A stretch of DNA of 64,000 bases from Podarcis vaucheri (lineage: Eukaryota), in assembly GCA_965113315.1 (NCBI GenBank), contig OZ220369.1; one strand, 5' to 3'. Within the stretch, counting starts at the first letter, position 1. Every line of letters starts with the position of its first letter. Positions 52,431 through 64,000 of the stretch are shown one piece after another. The notes beneath the pieces are model-generated. The model was not told where the DNA came from. It saw only the letters and a program-made list of their open reading frames with translations, and searched no databases. Made by a program: the position numbers and the translations under genes.

Positions 52431-53555
52431 AAGCCCAGGAGATACTAGGGACATGCTCAAGCACAGCAACATAGAATCATAGAATTGTGGAGTTGGACGG
52501 GACCATTAAAAACCTATATAGATGGGTTTTGCAAATACACATGTGTATTCTTTCCCCACCCTCTCCTGTTCCTTACTGAGCAAATGTTGCATCACTCTTA
52601 AGATTAAAATTCTGTACAAAGGCCAGGACCACACCAAGGTCTTGAGCCACCACTTCACCATCCCTGTTTCGAGTGCACCAACACTTGGAAATCAGCAGAA
52701 TATCAGCATATTCTACAAACCAATTGTTTCCAAAACCTGAACATCAGCCTAAGCTGCACCAAGTTTTTAAGTAGACCTTCTGTGCTTCCTGAAATAACTG
52801 CAATTAGGTGCTTAGAAAGTGCTGCGAGGATGGAAAGTGCATTGCAATTATTTTTTTAAACTGCTGGTTATGGTGCTGCTGAAGGTTTCACAACTAAATT
52901 CACTCTGCCCATTACTAAGACGAGAACTATGCAGAGCTTAAGCAGCAGGGGGAAAACAGCACAGGTGTCCAAAAGGGTTGTTTTGGTTTTCTGCAATGTG
53001 AGTCAGACCTTAGTGTAGCAGGAGAGAAAAAACCCCTGTTATTACACTGCAATCTTTTCCATGGGTTTGCAGGGAGGCAAGAAAGAGAACATGCCTGTGA
53101 TGACTCCAAATCTGGCGATCGACACTTGTTTTGAAACATGTTATCACAAGCCGTAGGTTTTTGCCATGGACTTTTGACCTGCTGGAACAGTAAATGCTGT
53201 TTATTCCTGTTTTGCCTCTCCTCTTAAGTCTTTGCTGATGTCAGAGTTCATAAGAGAGAGAGAAAAAGAAAGCAGCAGTACTTGCCAGAATTTAGTAGGG
53301 TTGATTTTGTTAAGCACAACAGCAGGAACGAGATAGTGAAAAGATTGCAAAATGGTTGCTATTCTTGGTCCCAATTTGCAATTATTTTTATTTGGTTTAT
53401 TTTATTTTAAACGAACTAGGGCTGCAATATATACAGCTTAATCCTATGCATGCTTACTGGGAAAACAGTCCCAATAATAAGACAATCTTTGGCTTAGAGG
53501 GAGCGAGCAAAGGTGCAGATACCCAGAGCAGAAACTTTGCTTCTTCCCTGCTCCA

Positions 53556-53807
53556 GAGCCAGTGTGGTGTAGTGGTTAAGAGTGGTGGACTCGTAATCTG
53601 GTGAACCGGGTTCGCGTCCCGCTCTTCCACATGCAGCTGCTAGGTGACCTTGGGCAAGTCACACTTCTCTGAAGTCTCTCAACCTCGCTCACCTCACAGA
53701 GTGTTTGTTGTGGGGGAAGAAGGGAAAGGAGAATGTTAGCCGCTTTGAGACTCCTTCGGGTAGTGATAAAGCGGAATATTAAATCCAAACTCCTCCTCCT
53801 CCTTCTT
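53556..53807 (+). mobile_element. Squam3-type tRNA-derived SINE
   Basis: A-box TGGTGTAGTGG, B-box GGTTCG, body, and (CTC/CTT)n tail; CCAGAGC on both flanks. Confidence 0.8.
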
Positions 53808-54904
53808 CCCAGAGCTAGTTCATGGTTTGCTTTAGAATAACGTGCATTCCCAGGCTGATGGTCTGTAAACCTCAGGCAAACCATAAGCAGCATACAAAGT
53901 GCAAACCTTGATTACAGCTCTTCATTTGCTCGGAGTGAGACAAACCATGAGGCTGGCTTAGTTCTGGCCGGTGTGGCAACAGCAGGAATGGCGCTGGAGC
54001 AAAGCAACTGCCATTTTCATTCCAGTTAACCACAAACATGGACTCTCCTGCAGAGTCATAGTCTGGCTTGGTGTTATGCGTGAACCAAGCCTCACCACGG
54101 CCAACAGGGTTCACACTCGACTTATTGTACTTAGGACTACAACCTTAAATCAGACTAAAAAGGTGTCTTGATTAATCTGTTGGAAGTCATTTTGAGACAA
54201 TTAAAAAACAACAACAACAGAAGGCATTCTCCTCTCTGCAAGAGAGAAAGGGAAAATGCCTCTAAGATTTTACTTGCTGGAAAAGACAGGTACAACACCA
54301 AGTATGATTCCTTTCTCCTTAGAAAAGAATCTTCCATTCTCTCTCCTTAGCGCAGGAATGTGGGAACCTGGGCCCTCCAGATGCTGAAGGATTCCAACTC
54401 CTGGCAGCCTCAGCGAACATAGGCAATGCTCAGGAAGGATGCAAGTTGGCAGTCCAGCATGTTCCCTGCCCCCTGGCTTAGTATTTTGCTGCTTTCAGAA
54501 GTCATGCTATCAACCAGTGAACTGCACTGTTCTCCAGTTGTGCAATACCTGCCAATATCCTCAAAAAGCAGTTAACAGGGTTGTTGGGGTTTAGAAGTAG
54601 AAGAACTGGATTCAAAGCCCTTTCATGTGTTTTACGATGGATAAGATGTATTTTGTAGTGGGCCCCAACCAGTTCATTTGCTGGTTGCAAGAATACTTTA
54701 GGGTGTTAAAAAAAACAACAACATTCAATCCATACAGAAGCAACAACTCAAAACCTACATAGAGTGAATGCAAGCGAAACATAAAGAGAGTATATTGCTT
54801 AAGTACTCCAGGGTTTGTACAACCGAGGGTGGTGGTTTTGACCTTTCGAAAACTTTAGAAGATTTGGCCCTACACATCTCAGTGCCATGTTCCATCAATT
54901 ACAA

Positions 54905-55380
54905 CAGGGGTCGGCAAATTTTTTTAGCCGCAGGCTGGTCCGCTGTCCCTCAGACCTTGTGTGGGCCGGAGAAGCAGCATCAGGGAGTAGGAGCTGGAAG
55001 AAGAGGCGAGGGGGGCAAGTAGCCACCACCACTGCTTTTTCCTGTGGGTAGGCAGAGCGAGCTCATCCGCTCCGCTCCCTGGTCCACAGGAGCACCAGGG
55101 TGGCGGCGGAGGGAAGATGAGCGGCGCAAAAGGGCTGGCTCCGGAGGGGCTGCTTAAAATGGCGCTCAGCCAGCCCCTTTCCTCCTCTAGGTAGGGCAGG
55201 GAGAAGCCAGGAGGAGGGAGGGAGAAGGTGCCGTCACGGTGTGTGTGTGTGTGGAGGGGAATAGAATGGCACAGGGGGGAAATGGCGCAGCCCGAACGAA
55301 CAGAATCCCCAAGCCGATCCACAGACAGTCTGCAGGCCGGATCCTGATTCGGCCTGTGGATCTTAGTTTGCCAACCCCTG
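54905..55380. mobile_element. Non-autonomous hAT element
   Basis: TIRs CAGGGGTCGGCAAA / TTTGCCAACCCCTG; perfect 8-bp TSD AATTACAA. Confidence 0.88.
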
Positions 55381-57068
55381 AATTACAATCAGATTTCTGA
55401 CACTCCCCAATCCTGCCATATCAAGTACCTGCTGCCTGCAAATCTACCAGCCCAAGCAGAACATTTTTCATTGAAGCCTGTGATTTGTCAAACTGTTAAG
55501 TGACTCAAGCACCTATCACCCAGTCTCTCTCTCCACCACAGAAGACTCCTAATACACACAATAATGTGAATACTGCTGCAACACCACAATTTCTCTTTAG
55601 AAGCTTAGAGGCATAGCATTCTTTGACTGTATGCTCTCACACTGAATTCTTGGCACCTCCATTTAATCTCAAGTATCTGGGCTGAGAAAGACCCAGGAAG
55701 GGGAGGCTGTTACCAACAAGAGTTAACAAAAACTCAGCTATCTAGGCTATTGATTTTGGCTTTAACATGGATTACCGGGAACTCAAGCACTGAGTTTACA
55801 TGACAAAATCAGTCTCTTGTCAAGTATGGCCTGTAGAGTGCTGCTACACAGAACTCTGGGGACTGCACTGCCTGCAAATTCAGCTTTTGTAGCTTGAGGC
55901 CAAATAATCAAAAATTCAATTTCCCAAAGGCTTTTAGGATTAAGTTTTCTCGCAGAACTGAAATGCTCTCTGCACATTAAGCGGTTGTATGTTAGGCTAG
56001 GGGAGGAGTTGTCCTAGCCAGGAAGCACAGCTAATCATTCCAGCACTTGTAAACTTATTGTTCTCTAGCTCCAGCCAACAGAGAAACTGGGGCACAGGAA
56101 GGTGTGGAATCTGGTCGCACCCAGTTGTAATCCTGGCACTTTGCCTTTCTTCTTCCTTGTGCTACAGATAAGACGTAGGTTTAAAAAAAGCCCCATGAAA
56201 CTCAAAACAGAAAGCCTGGGGGAAAAATACTTCAGAAGTGAGACAGTGCTTTATATGTGTTCAAAGCACTTCACATAATGTTACCCAATAATCATTACAA
56301 GAGTCCTGTGATATTTTTATTTTATTTATGTGAAAATTTTCATCCCATCCTTCTAGGGCTTATGCACCACTGAAGACACCTAAACATTTGACCAGGGGTG
56401 GTGAACCTCAGGCCAAATGCAGTCCTTCAACCCTCAGGCTATGCTCCTCCTCTGGCCCAAGTTATTTTGTCTTTAGAATGCATATCCTGCTGTTCTCACC
56501 AAAGGAACCTATGACACCTAGCAATCTGAGCCACAGCAAGAAGACTGCAAACACAGCAGCCTGCACCAATGAAACTGACAGAATCACAGGACAGCAGGAA
56601 CTGGGTACCAAAAAATCAAGACTAACAGCAGAATAAAGCCACCGTGAAGCTGTACCAAGCTGTGAATCTGTAGCCACAAATAAGCCACAGTGTTTTAAGA
56701 TCATGGCCTTTGTCTCCAAGATAAGCCAGACCTGACTGAAAGACACTTCCAAAAAAATATCTTCCATTTGTCCAGCTTCCAGATCTTGGCTTCTGTTCCA
56801 TGAGCCTGACCTGTCTACATCCTTAACTTTTATCATCCTGTGCTCACTTAGAACATTGCTTTCTCTTCATACATACATACCTGCATTGAGAAAGCCAATC
56901 TGATGCCACAGTTGGCCTATGGGACTTTGATCTAGGATCAGATCGCCGCCCAAACAAGAAGCTCTCTGGGTGACTTTGGCCCCAACATTCCCAACCTAAC
57001 CTACCTCACAGAGCAGCTGCTATTAGGGTTCTTGGAGACAGCCACCACTCCTGTTGCTATTTACTTAC

Positions 57069-57410
57069 TATTGGTGATGGTGATGCGCCGGCCCTGGTAG
57101 AAGTCCCCAAGGGTCACTGCATTGCCTTGCTTGGTAGCTACAACCCGCACCGTCCTGGAGTTGTCCTGACACTCCACGTATGGGTTGTACCCGGGGTTGT
57201 TCTGCTGCAGCTGGTTGGTGATCTGGCTGTCCTGGCCGCTGGGGTTAAAGGCATCTGCCAGGCGGCTCCGGCAGTAAGACTTGTACTTCCACGTGACAAT
57301 AGGTGGTTGGGTGGCCGAAGTCTGGTAGTTGCACTGGAGAGTGACAGGTTGAAATAGGATGACCACGTTGAATGGGTTCTGCACTGTGACTTGCATTGCA
57401 GAGGCAGGAT
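57069..57410 (-). CDS. LSR: LSR exon 2 (342 nt), Ig V-set domain
   Basis: (D)PASAMQVTVQNPFNVVILFQPVTLQCNYQ...WKYKSYCR...VATKQGNAVTLGDFYQGRRITITN. Confidence 0.97.
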
Positions 57411-59109
57411 CTGGAGATAAGAGCAGACAGTCAGACAGGACGACATCGTAATGAGCAGAAAAGTAGTAGAAAATGCCACAGAGCTCCCTCCTGGAATGTT
57501 TCTCCACCACAGTCAATTACTACGACCATTGCACACTAGAATCCAGGACGACTGTGAATAATCCTGCCTTATCCTCTTAGCAAACGCCCCTTACGCTTTT
57601 TAACAAATTCATTTCAGGGGCATGCAGTCAGCCCTACCACCTAGTTAAGCCTGCTTCCCTGCTTCATCTTTCAAGAGGAAATAAACATTTAAGTCTCAAG
57701 TGTGGAAATCAGACATGGTGTTTGCAAGCTCAGTGAAAACACAGCATTTTCTGTAACTAAATGCTGGCCATCTAAACATGTCAAATGTTGGTGGACAAGG
57801 CAGGAAATATCCCACAGCCTAGCCTCCTGGGAATCTGATATATCTTTCTACACGTGAGGTGAGCTAGAAAGCTTTGCTGTCACAAATGCAGAAGCAAATT
57901 TATTAAGCCAAGGGTTTTTATCACTACTTCAACAGGGAACAAGAACTGACATTAGCACAGAGTAAGGAAATGCACTCTCACAGGCAAGAGAACCATTATG
58001 CATTTAATTTCATTCATACCCTTAACCTGTTTCTGGCTAACAGACAGAAAAGAAAGCCAGAGAGTTGTTATCGGCATCTTTCAAACAAAAAGAAATGCAG
58101 GATTGTGGGGTGAAAGAGAGAGAGAAATGAACCACATGAGCCTTTGTTTCTAGTCTGTCTTCAAGGAATCTTTCTCAAGACGATCTCTTTCCTTGACTCA
58201 CCAGGCTTTATTTTATCTCAAATATTTATATACCACATTTCACACAAAAAACAAGCACAAAGGTTTGAGAGTAACATTTTCTCCAACGCTCTGCATTTTA
58301 GACACTTTCACAACCCAGCTGCCTACTTTCTCTAAACCATAGGTGGGAGACCTCCAGCACTAATCTGGCCTACCACAGGACTCAATTTGACTTGCAAATT
58401 TCCCACAAATCATCCCCACCTGCTCTACACCTGAGCATTTTTTTTTCTCCTCCAAAGGAAATGCTTTGGATTCAAAACACTGGAGGAAGCACTCTGAATC
58501 CAAACTGCTTCCTCTGCAGAGAGCGGGAAATGCTCCATTTTTAAATCAGCTGATTGGTGGCTACACCAAGCCTCTTTGAAGATGCACTCCCAGCACCAAT
58601 CAGCTGAATGGTGCTGGAAGTACCTCTTCAAAGGAGGTTGCAGTCACTACTGATCAGACGTCTCAGCAACCTCCATTGAACTTTGACATGCGTCAATCAC
58701 AACTGCATCATTAAGATAGCCGGAGGCCTTGCCCAGCACTCAGCCTGCAAGGGGTGGGGGCAATTTAGTCCACCACCAGCCAGTTCCTCACCCTGCTCTA
58801 AACACAGAACTAGAGCTACACATGCTAAACCAGGAGGGCTAATCAGTAACTGAAAAACAGCCTGAAGAAGGGGAAACTTGCAGCAGCTTCTGGGTTACAG
58901 AAAATCGTTTCCCATTCTGAAAGGAACAAATGACTTCCTATCGATGGGCTGCTAACCCAGCATAAGTTATTCTCATCTTCCCCAGTAATCCAACTGACTC
59001 ATTAGCCAAGCCTTGTAAATAAGCCTACATGGAACTTGCAAATCCACAAAGACATACTTGCAGTACATTAGCCACACAACAGTTTTTCCAGTTCAGCAGA
59101 GCATTCATA

Positions 59110-59473
59110 AAGGTAAAGGTAAAGGTACCCCTGCCCGAACGGGCCAGTCTTGACAGACTCTGGGGTTTGTGCGCCCATCTCACATCTATTGGCCGGGGGC
59201 CAGCGCTGTCCGAAGACACTTCCGGGTCACGTGGCCAGCGTGACAACGCTGCTCTGGCGAGCCAGAGCCGCACACGGAACGCCGTTTACCTTCCCGCTGG
59301 TAAGCGGTACCTATTTATCTACTTGCCCCCGGGGGTGCTTTCGAACTGCTAGGTGGGCAGGCGCTGGGACCGAGCAGCGGGAGCGCACCCCGCCGCGGGG
59401 ATTCGAACTGCCGACCTTTCGATCGGCAAGCCCTAGGCGCTGAGGCTTTAGCCCACAGCGCCACCCGCGTCCC
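59110..59473 (-). mobile_element. Young full-length Sauria SINE
   Basis: (ACCTTT)n tail; CpGs intact; 12-bp TSD AGAGCATTCATA. Confidence 0.93.
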
Positions 59474-60043
59474 TTAGAGCATTCATACTTGCACCTAATT
59501 TAGGGGAGCAGCTATTCGCAATACTACATAAACATACCTTCCATTTTCTTCCAATCAAACCAGTCAACATTCTAGCACTTAAATGAAGTGATGGGCCACA
59601 GCTACTTCTTAATTTATTCATAACACTTGTCAACACCAATTGCTACCTATTATTTATTGATGTAAACCTCTAAAATGTATTCTGTACATTTATCTATCTT
59701 CAGTACATATTTTTTTATTTTATTGCTATGGCTAGTGGCTGATGCAAATAAAATTCTTCTGATCTGATTACCAAGTCATGCAACAACCACTGTTCATAAT
59801 CAACCCTGAAACTCAAAACTCCAATAGGAGTCTCCCGCCCCAAGTATTTCACCTTTCCACATATGCAGCCAAGCTGGCATGCATAAATACTTCATGTACT
59901 GGCTGTGCTCAGACACCATGATAATCAATTATGGTTGTATCTGAACTCTGAAATATGCTTAATGTTAACTATGGTTTGTTAAAAGAAGCCAGTTTGGTTG
60001 TGTAGTAAAGTAAAATTAGCTTATTGTAAACAAATCCTAGTAA

Positions 60044-60185
60044 CAGATAGGTAGCCGTGTTGGTCTGCCATAGTCAAAATAAAAAAAATCCTTCCAGTAG
60101 CACCTTAAAGACCAACTAAGTTAGTTCTTGGTACCAAGTTAGTTCTAAGTTAGTTCTTGGCTACTGGAAGGAATTTTTTAATTTT
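60044..60185. mobile_element. Truncated, internally inverted Penelope-like element
   Basis: GGTAGCCGTGTTGGTCTGCCATAGTC...CTTCCAGTAGCACCTT start; inverted GCTACTGGAAGGA; 12-bp direct repeat AAATCCTAGTAA on both sides. Confidence 0.65.
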
Positions 60186-62439
60186 AAATCCTAGTAAGTT
60201 AAACACATTTTGTTCGGGTCAGATATCAACCAAAAACAGGAGCATAATTTTTTGACCTCTTCTTCAGGGCCCAACCAGGGAAGGATAGGGAAGGCCATAC
60301 CTTGTCCTGTCACAATAAACTAGGGGTTCTGGTGCCTGTCAGTACCAAAGAACATTGGCTCAAGTCATGGATCCTCATGATTTTTACATCTAATCAGTTG
60401 AAAATCACAGAACAGGTATATCTGTGTAAAAAGAGGTGACCTTGGATGTGATGGTAGTTTGAGGGGGCCCCTTATAAAAAAATTTGAGGATCCATCAGGA
60501 AATGTACCTCAGAGCTATGTGTCTGTGCCATGGTAGCTCCAAAAGCACCATATTGGGGGGGACGACGACTCATGAAACAATTATACAATTGCAAGAGGGA
60601 CCACTTTATTTACTGAATTCAACTTGTGAGGGTTTTTTTTGGGGGGGGGGAGGAAGGCACACACAATTCTGTGTCACTCCAACCTTCTTTCCTAGCACTC
60701 AAATTTCTCTCAACTCCCCCCCCCCTACCCTAGCCATTCTCTTTTCCTTCTCCCAGGTGGCTCCCCTTTCACTCCTATCCTCTCAGTCATTTGCTTTCTG
60801 TTTAGCTTCTCAGGTAGCAAACAGTCTAGAAAGGCAAAGCGTTCCCGCAAACCAGCAATATCCACACAAAAAACCCCTGACAGATCAAGGTTGTTTTTAT
60901 TAGGTGCCTGAAGGATATTTACATTGTCCACTGCACTAGTACTGTATTTTTAATCCAAATTTCCTTTTCATCTAAAAAAGCAAACCCCTGTCCACTGCTT
61001 GCATCAACTTTCTTCCTTTTATTTGCTCCTGTGGTTTCGCCTGAAGGGGGGTGGGTTGGTACAGAGATCAGTTTCGGCAGGCGTGTCATGGCTGCCACAG
61101 CAGCTAAGATGAGACATCACCCGAGAAAAAGAGAGGAACGGAGATGACCACATTTCCCACAAGCTGGGTCTGAGTAGAGTCCAGGCTTCTAAGCAAGACA
61201 CCCACCACAAAAGTGACATCACCTGCAGCAGAACAACTATCCCTCTCTCTAGGTCATGAAACCAGGATTACAGAAAAGGGTTAAGGTTTGAGCAAAAACA
61301 ATTATCAGTCCCTTCCTGGGTGTTTACTTTGGAGGAAGGCCATTAAATGCAAAGCACACACCCTGCCATGTGGTAGACCTAATCCCAGCCAACAGTGGGG
61401 GAAAGGGTATAAAAGCATGCCTAAATTTAAGCCACCAATGGGTTGATCCCAGTCTTTTCCCCTGGAGCAAATGTTTTTATCTCCCATGGGGCTGGAAACG
61501 TGTTAAGGTACTTTTCTCAGCAAGCAAGGATTTATTATGTTCCACCAACTATTAAACACTGTTGAAATTCCAATAAGATTCCCTGATGCTGGACATTACT
61601 ACCTTTCCTTCTATCCTTGAAAACACAGACACTTTCTACAACACCTAGATGGGGTTACTAGGCCCTATTTTGGCCCCTGTTCCTTTAAATCTCCCAATGA
61701 GCCTCCTCTCCCAACAAACTGAGAGAGTCAAAGTCAACAAGGCAGATCATTGGGCTGTAACCAGACAAACCTATATGCAAAGAAAGACACAGACAATCCC
61801 TCAAGCTGAGAAAGGTTGTTGCCTTGCCGGAAGGGAACCAACAAGACAACTTGGTTTTTCAATCCAAGAAGGTTGGCCCAGGAACTGAAGAGAAAAGGCA
61901 TGTATTTTACATCCCAGAGGTACAGGAAGCAGATTAGGGAAAACTGAAGCTTCTTGGCCTCCCTACAGGACCAAATTTCAAATCACTGGGAGACCTTGGG
62001 CTGGTCACCACCCCTAAGCCTAACGTACCTCACAGGGTTGTTGTGGCAATTAAATGTGGGGAAGGAAGAGAAAGAGAGAAAACTCTGTACACCACCTGCA
62101 ACCCTTTGGAGAAAAAGATGGGAGCCAAATACAGTAGATAAATCATCGCAGTTACCAACTTCCTTATCTTTCGACAACTACGAAACAGCTAGAAACCTAA
62201 CAGGTGCTGATTTCCCTCATCACTTCCATAATAAGAAAAAGGCTTCACTCTGCTAATGTCTGCCTGTCGGAAACCCTATTTTCTTTTTTGTGAAAGGGGG
62301 GTGGGTGCAGAGAAAATAGCAGTCATATACCCTTTCTTCACCAGGAAGCCCACACCTTGGAACAGGTGGGTTTCCCAAGTTGCGAAATATCCCCATAACC
62401 TTTGGAAGACAGAAACCCCCCTTTGAGCTCTCCAAACCA

Positions 62440-63500
62440 AACCAAACAAAAGGTCAGCGCGAAGGAGAAAGGAGCGCGAGCCCTTCGCCCAATCAGCTCT
62501 CGAGTTGTCTCCCCCCCCCCGCCGCCAAAAAAAACCAGAAGACCCCGGACGAGTTTCCTCTAGAGGAGGGTGGAGGGGCAAGGTAGAAGGGGGTATCGCC
62601 GCTCGCGCTGTAAAGCAAACAAACAAAAAACTTTTAAAAGTTCTTTTTACCTAAGATCCAGGCGCTCCCCAAGAGCCACAGCAAGGGCAGCATGGCCGGC
62701 CGAGTCTCCATTTCCCACCCCGCTGGCTTGAGAGACGCGGGGAGGGGAGGGGTGGTCCGCAGGCAAAGGAGGGGGAAGCGAGAACTCCGTCGGATCCTTC
62801 ACTGCTTCGGCCCCTTCTTCCCTCCGCGGACGCTTCAGCCGAATCCTTCAGGAACAGCCGCGTCCCGCGCAAAGCTCCCCGAGTTACGTCCGACTGCCGA
62901 GCCCCTCTCTGGGCTCTCGCTCTCTCCGCGCGCCTCAGGTGCAGCGCTCGCTGTGGGTGCCTCGCCCAAACGACGGAAACTACCAACTCCCATAAAGGAG
63001 GAGAAAGGGGGGTGGCGTGGAGGAGAGACGCGAACCTGCTGAGGCGCTTTCCGGCCACGGAAAGGCTTTCGGTGTGGTGTGGAAGCCCGTCCGTTTGCCG
63101 CCTTTGGGAGTCTCTTTTACTGCAAGGCAAAAAGTAAAGCTCACCTGTACCTTCACGACCCCCCCCATCCCTTTTATGTAGGTGGTTCAGCCCCCCCCCC
63201 CGAGGCCGTATTGAGGACGAGCCGGCCAACTTAAAAGGGTGGGGGAGGATGCGTCCAGCTATTAAACTTTACTGCATCCACCTCCCCCCCCCCTTATATG
63301 GAAGTGAACTTGCCCAGGTGCTGCCTTGGCAGGCGGAGGGATACAGAGGGCAGATTTAAAAAGCGCAGGGAACGTGATTGGTGGAGGACGGGTTGGTCCA
63401 AGAGGGTAGGGAGCGGGTTTCAGCCACTTTACTGTACCTGTAAAGCGCGTTCGAAGCGCGTTATTCCCTCAAAGAGTCCTGGGCGCTGTAGTTCCCCCAT
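62440..63500 (-). promoter_or_regulatory. LSR CpG island / promoter
   Basis: CpG-dense region spanning LSR exon 1. Confidence 0.7.
62651..62711 (-). CDS. LSR: LSR coding exon 1, signal peptide (61 nt)
   Basis: GAAATGG Kozak; METRPAMLPLLWLLGSAWIL; G|gtaaaa phase-1 donor matching exon 2; total CDS 1755 nt = 584 aa plus stop. Confidence 0.88.
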
Positions 63501-63599
63501 CGCAGAAGTACAGTTTCCAGCAACCCTTAACAAACTACAGTGTCCAGAGTTCTTTGAGGGAAAGAACGTGCATTACAAGTACAGCTGAGACTCAACTTA

Positions 63600-63963
63600 A
63601 GGTAAAGGTAAAGGTACCCCTGCCCGAACGGGCCAGTCTTGACAGACTGTGGGGTTTTGTGCGCCCATCTCACATTTATTGGCCGGGGGCCAGCGCTGTC
63701 CGGGGACACTTCCGGGTCACGTGGCCAGCGTGACATCGCTGCTCTGGCGAGCCAGAGCCGCACACGGAACGCCGTTTACCTTCCCGCTGGTAAGCGGTAC
63801 CTATTTATCTACTTGCACCCGGGGGTGCTTTCGAACTGCTAGGTGGGCAGGAGCTGGGACCGAACAGCGGGAGCGCACCCCGTCGCGGGGATTCGAACCG
63901 CCGACCTTTCGATCGGCAAGCCCTAGGCGTTGAGGCTTTAGCCCACAGCGCCACCCGCGTCCC
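63600..63963 (-). mobile_element. Young full-length Sauria SINE
   Basis: Nearly identical to 59110-59473; 13-bp TSD GAGACTCAACTTA. Confidence 0.93.
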
Positions 63964-64000
63964 GAGACTCAACTTACACAGGCTTATATTGCAGGGATAA

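Noticed and set aside
53556-53630. tRNA-like sequence
   Set aside because: It is a SINE head followed by a SINE body and tail, not a tRNA gene.

Overview
Eukaryotic genomic DNA, most likely from a lacertid-type lizard (Sauria SINEs, a Squam3-type SINE, and Bov-B, L2, CR1 and Penelope fragments). Three intron-containing genes lie in tandem on the minus strand. LSR (angulin-1) is complete: 10 coding exons, 62711->38282, 584 aa. GAPDHS (GAPDH-2) is complete and has a CpG-island/TATA non-coding first exon (~27.7 kb), an ATG-bearing cassette exon (22239-22335), a Pro-rich exon and 9 further exons, ending at the stop at 11435. TMEM147 contributes its first two coding exons and runs off the left edge. 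All exons were reconstructed by hand from GT-AG boundaries, and their phases join into open reading frames. The most interesting structure is the GAPDHS 5' region. Including the cassette exon gives a 416-aa sperm-type enzyme with a Pro-rich anchor, whereas skipping it turns the same Pro-rich sequence into 5'UTR and gives a 337-aa enzyme. LSR lies about 10.5 kb from the GAPDHS promoter without the genes that separate them in human. Most ORFs in the supplied track are spurious. I found no CRISPR array, rRNA, genuine tRNA or convincing viral element.
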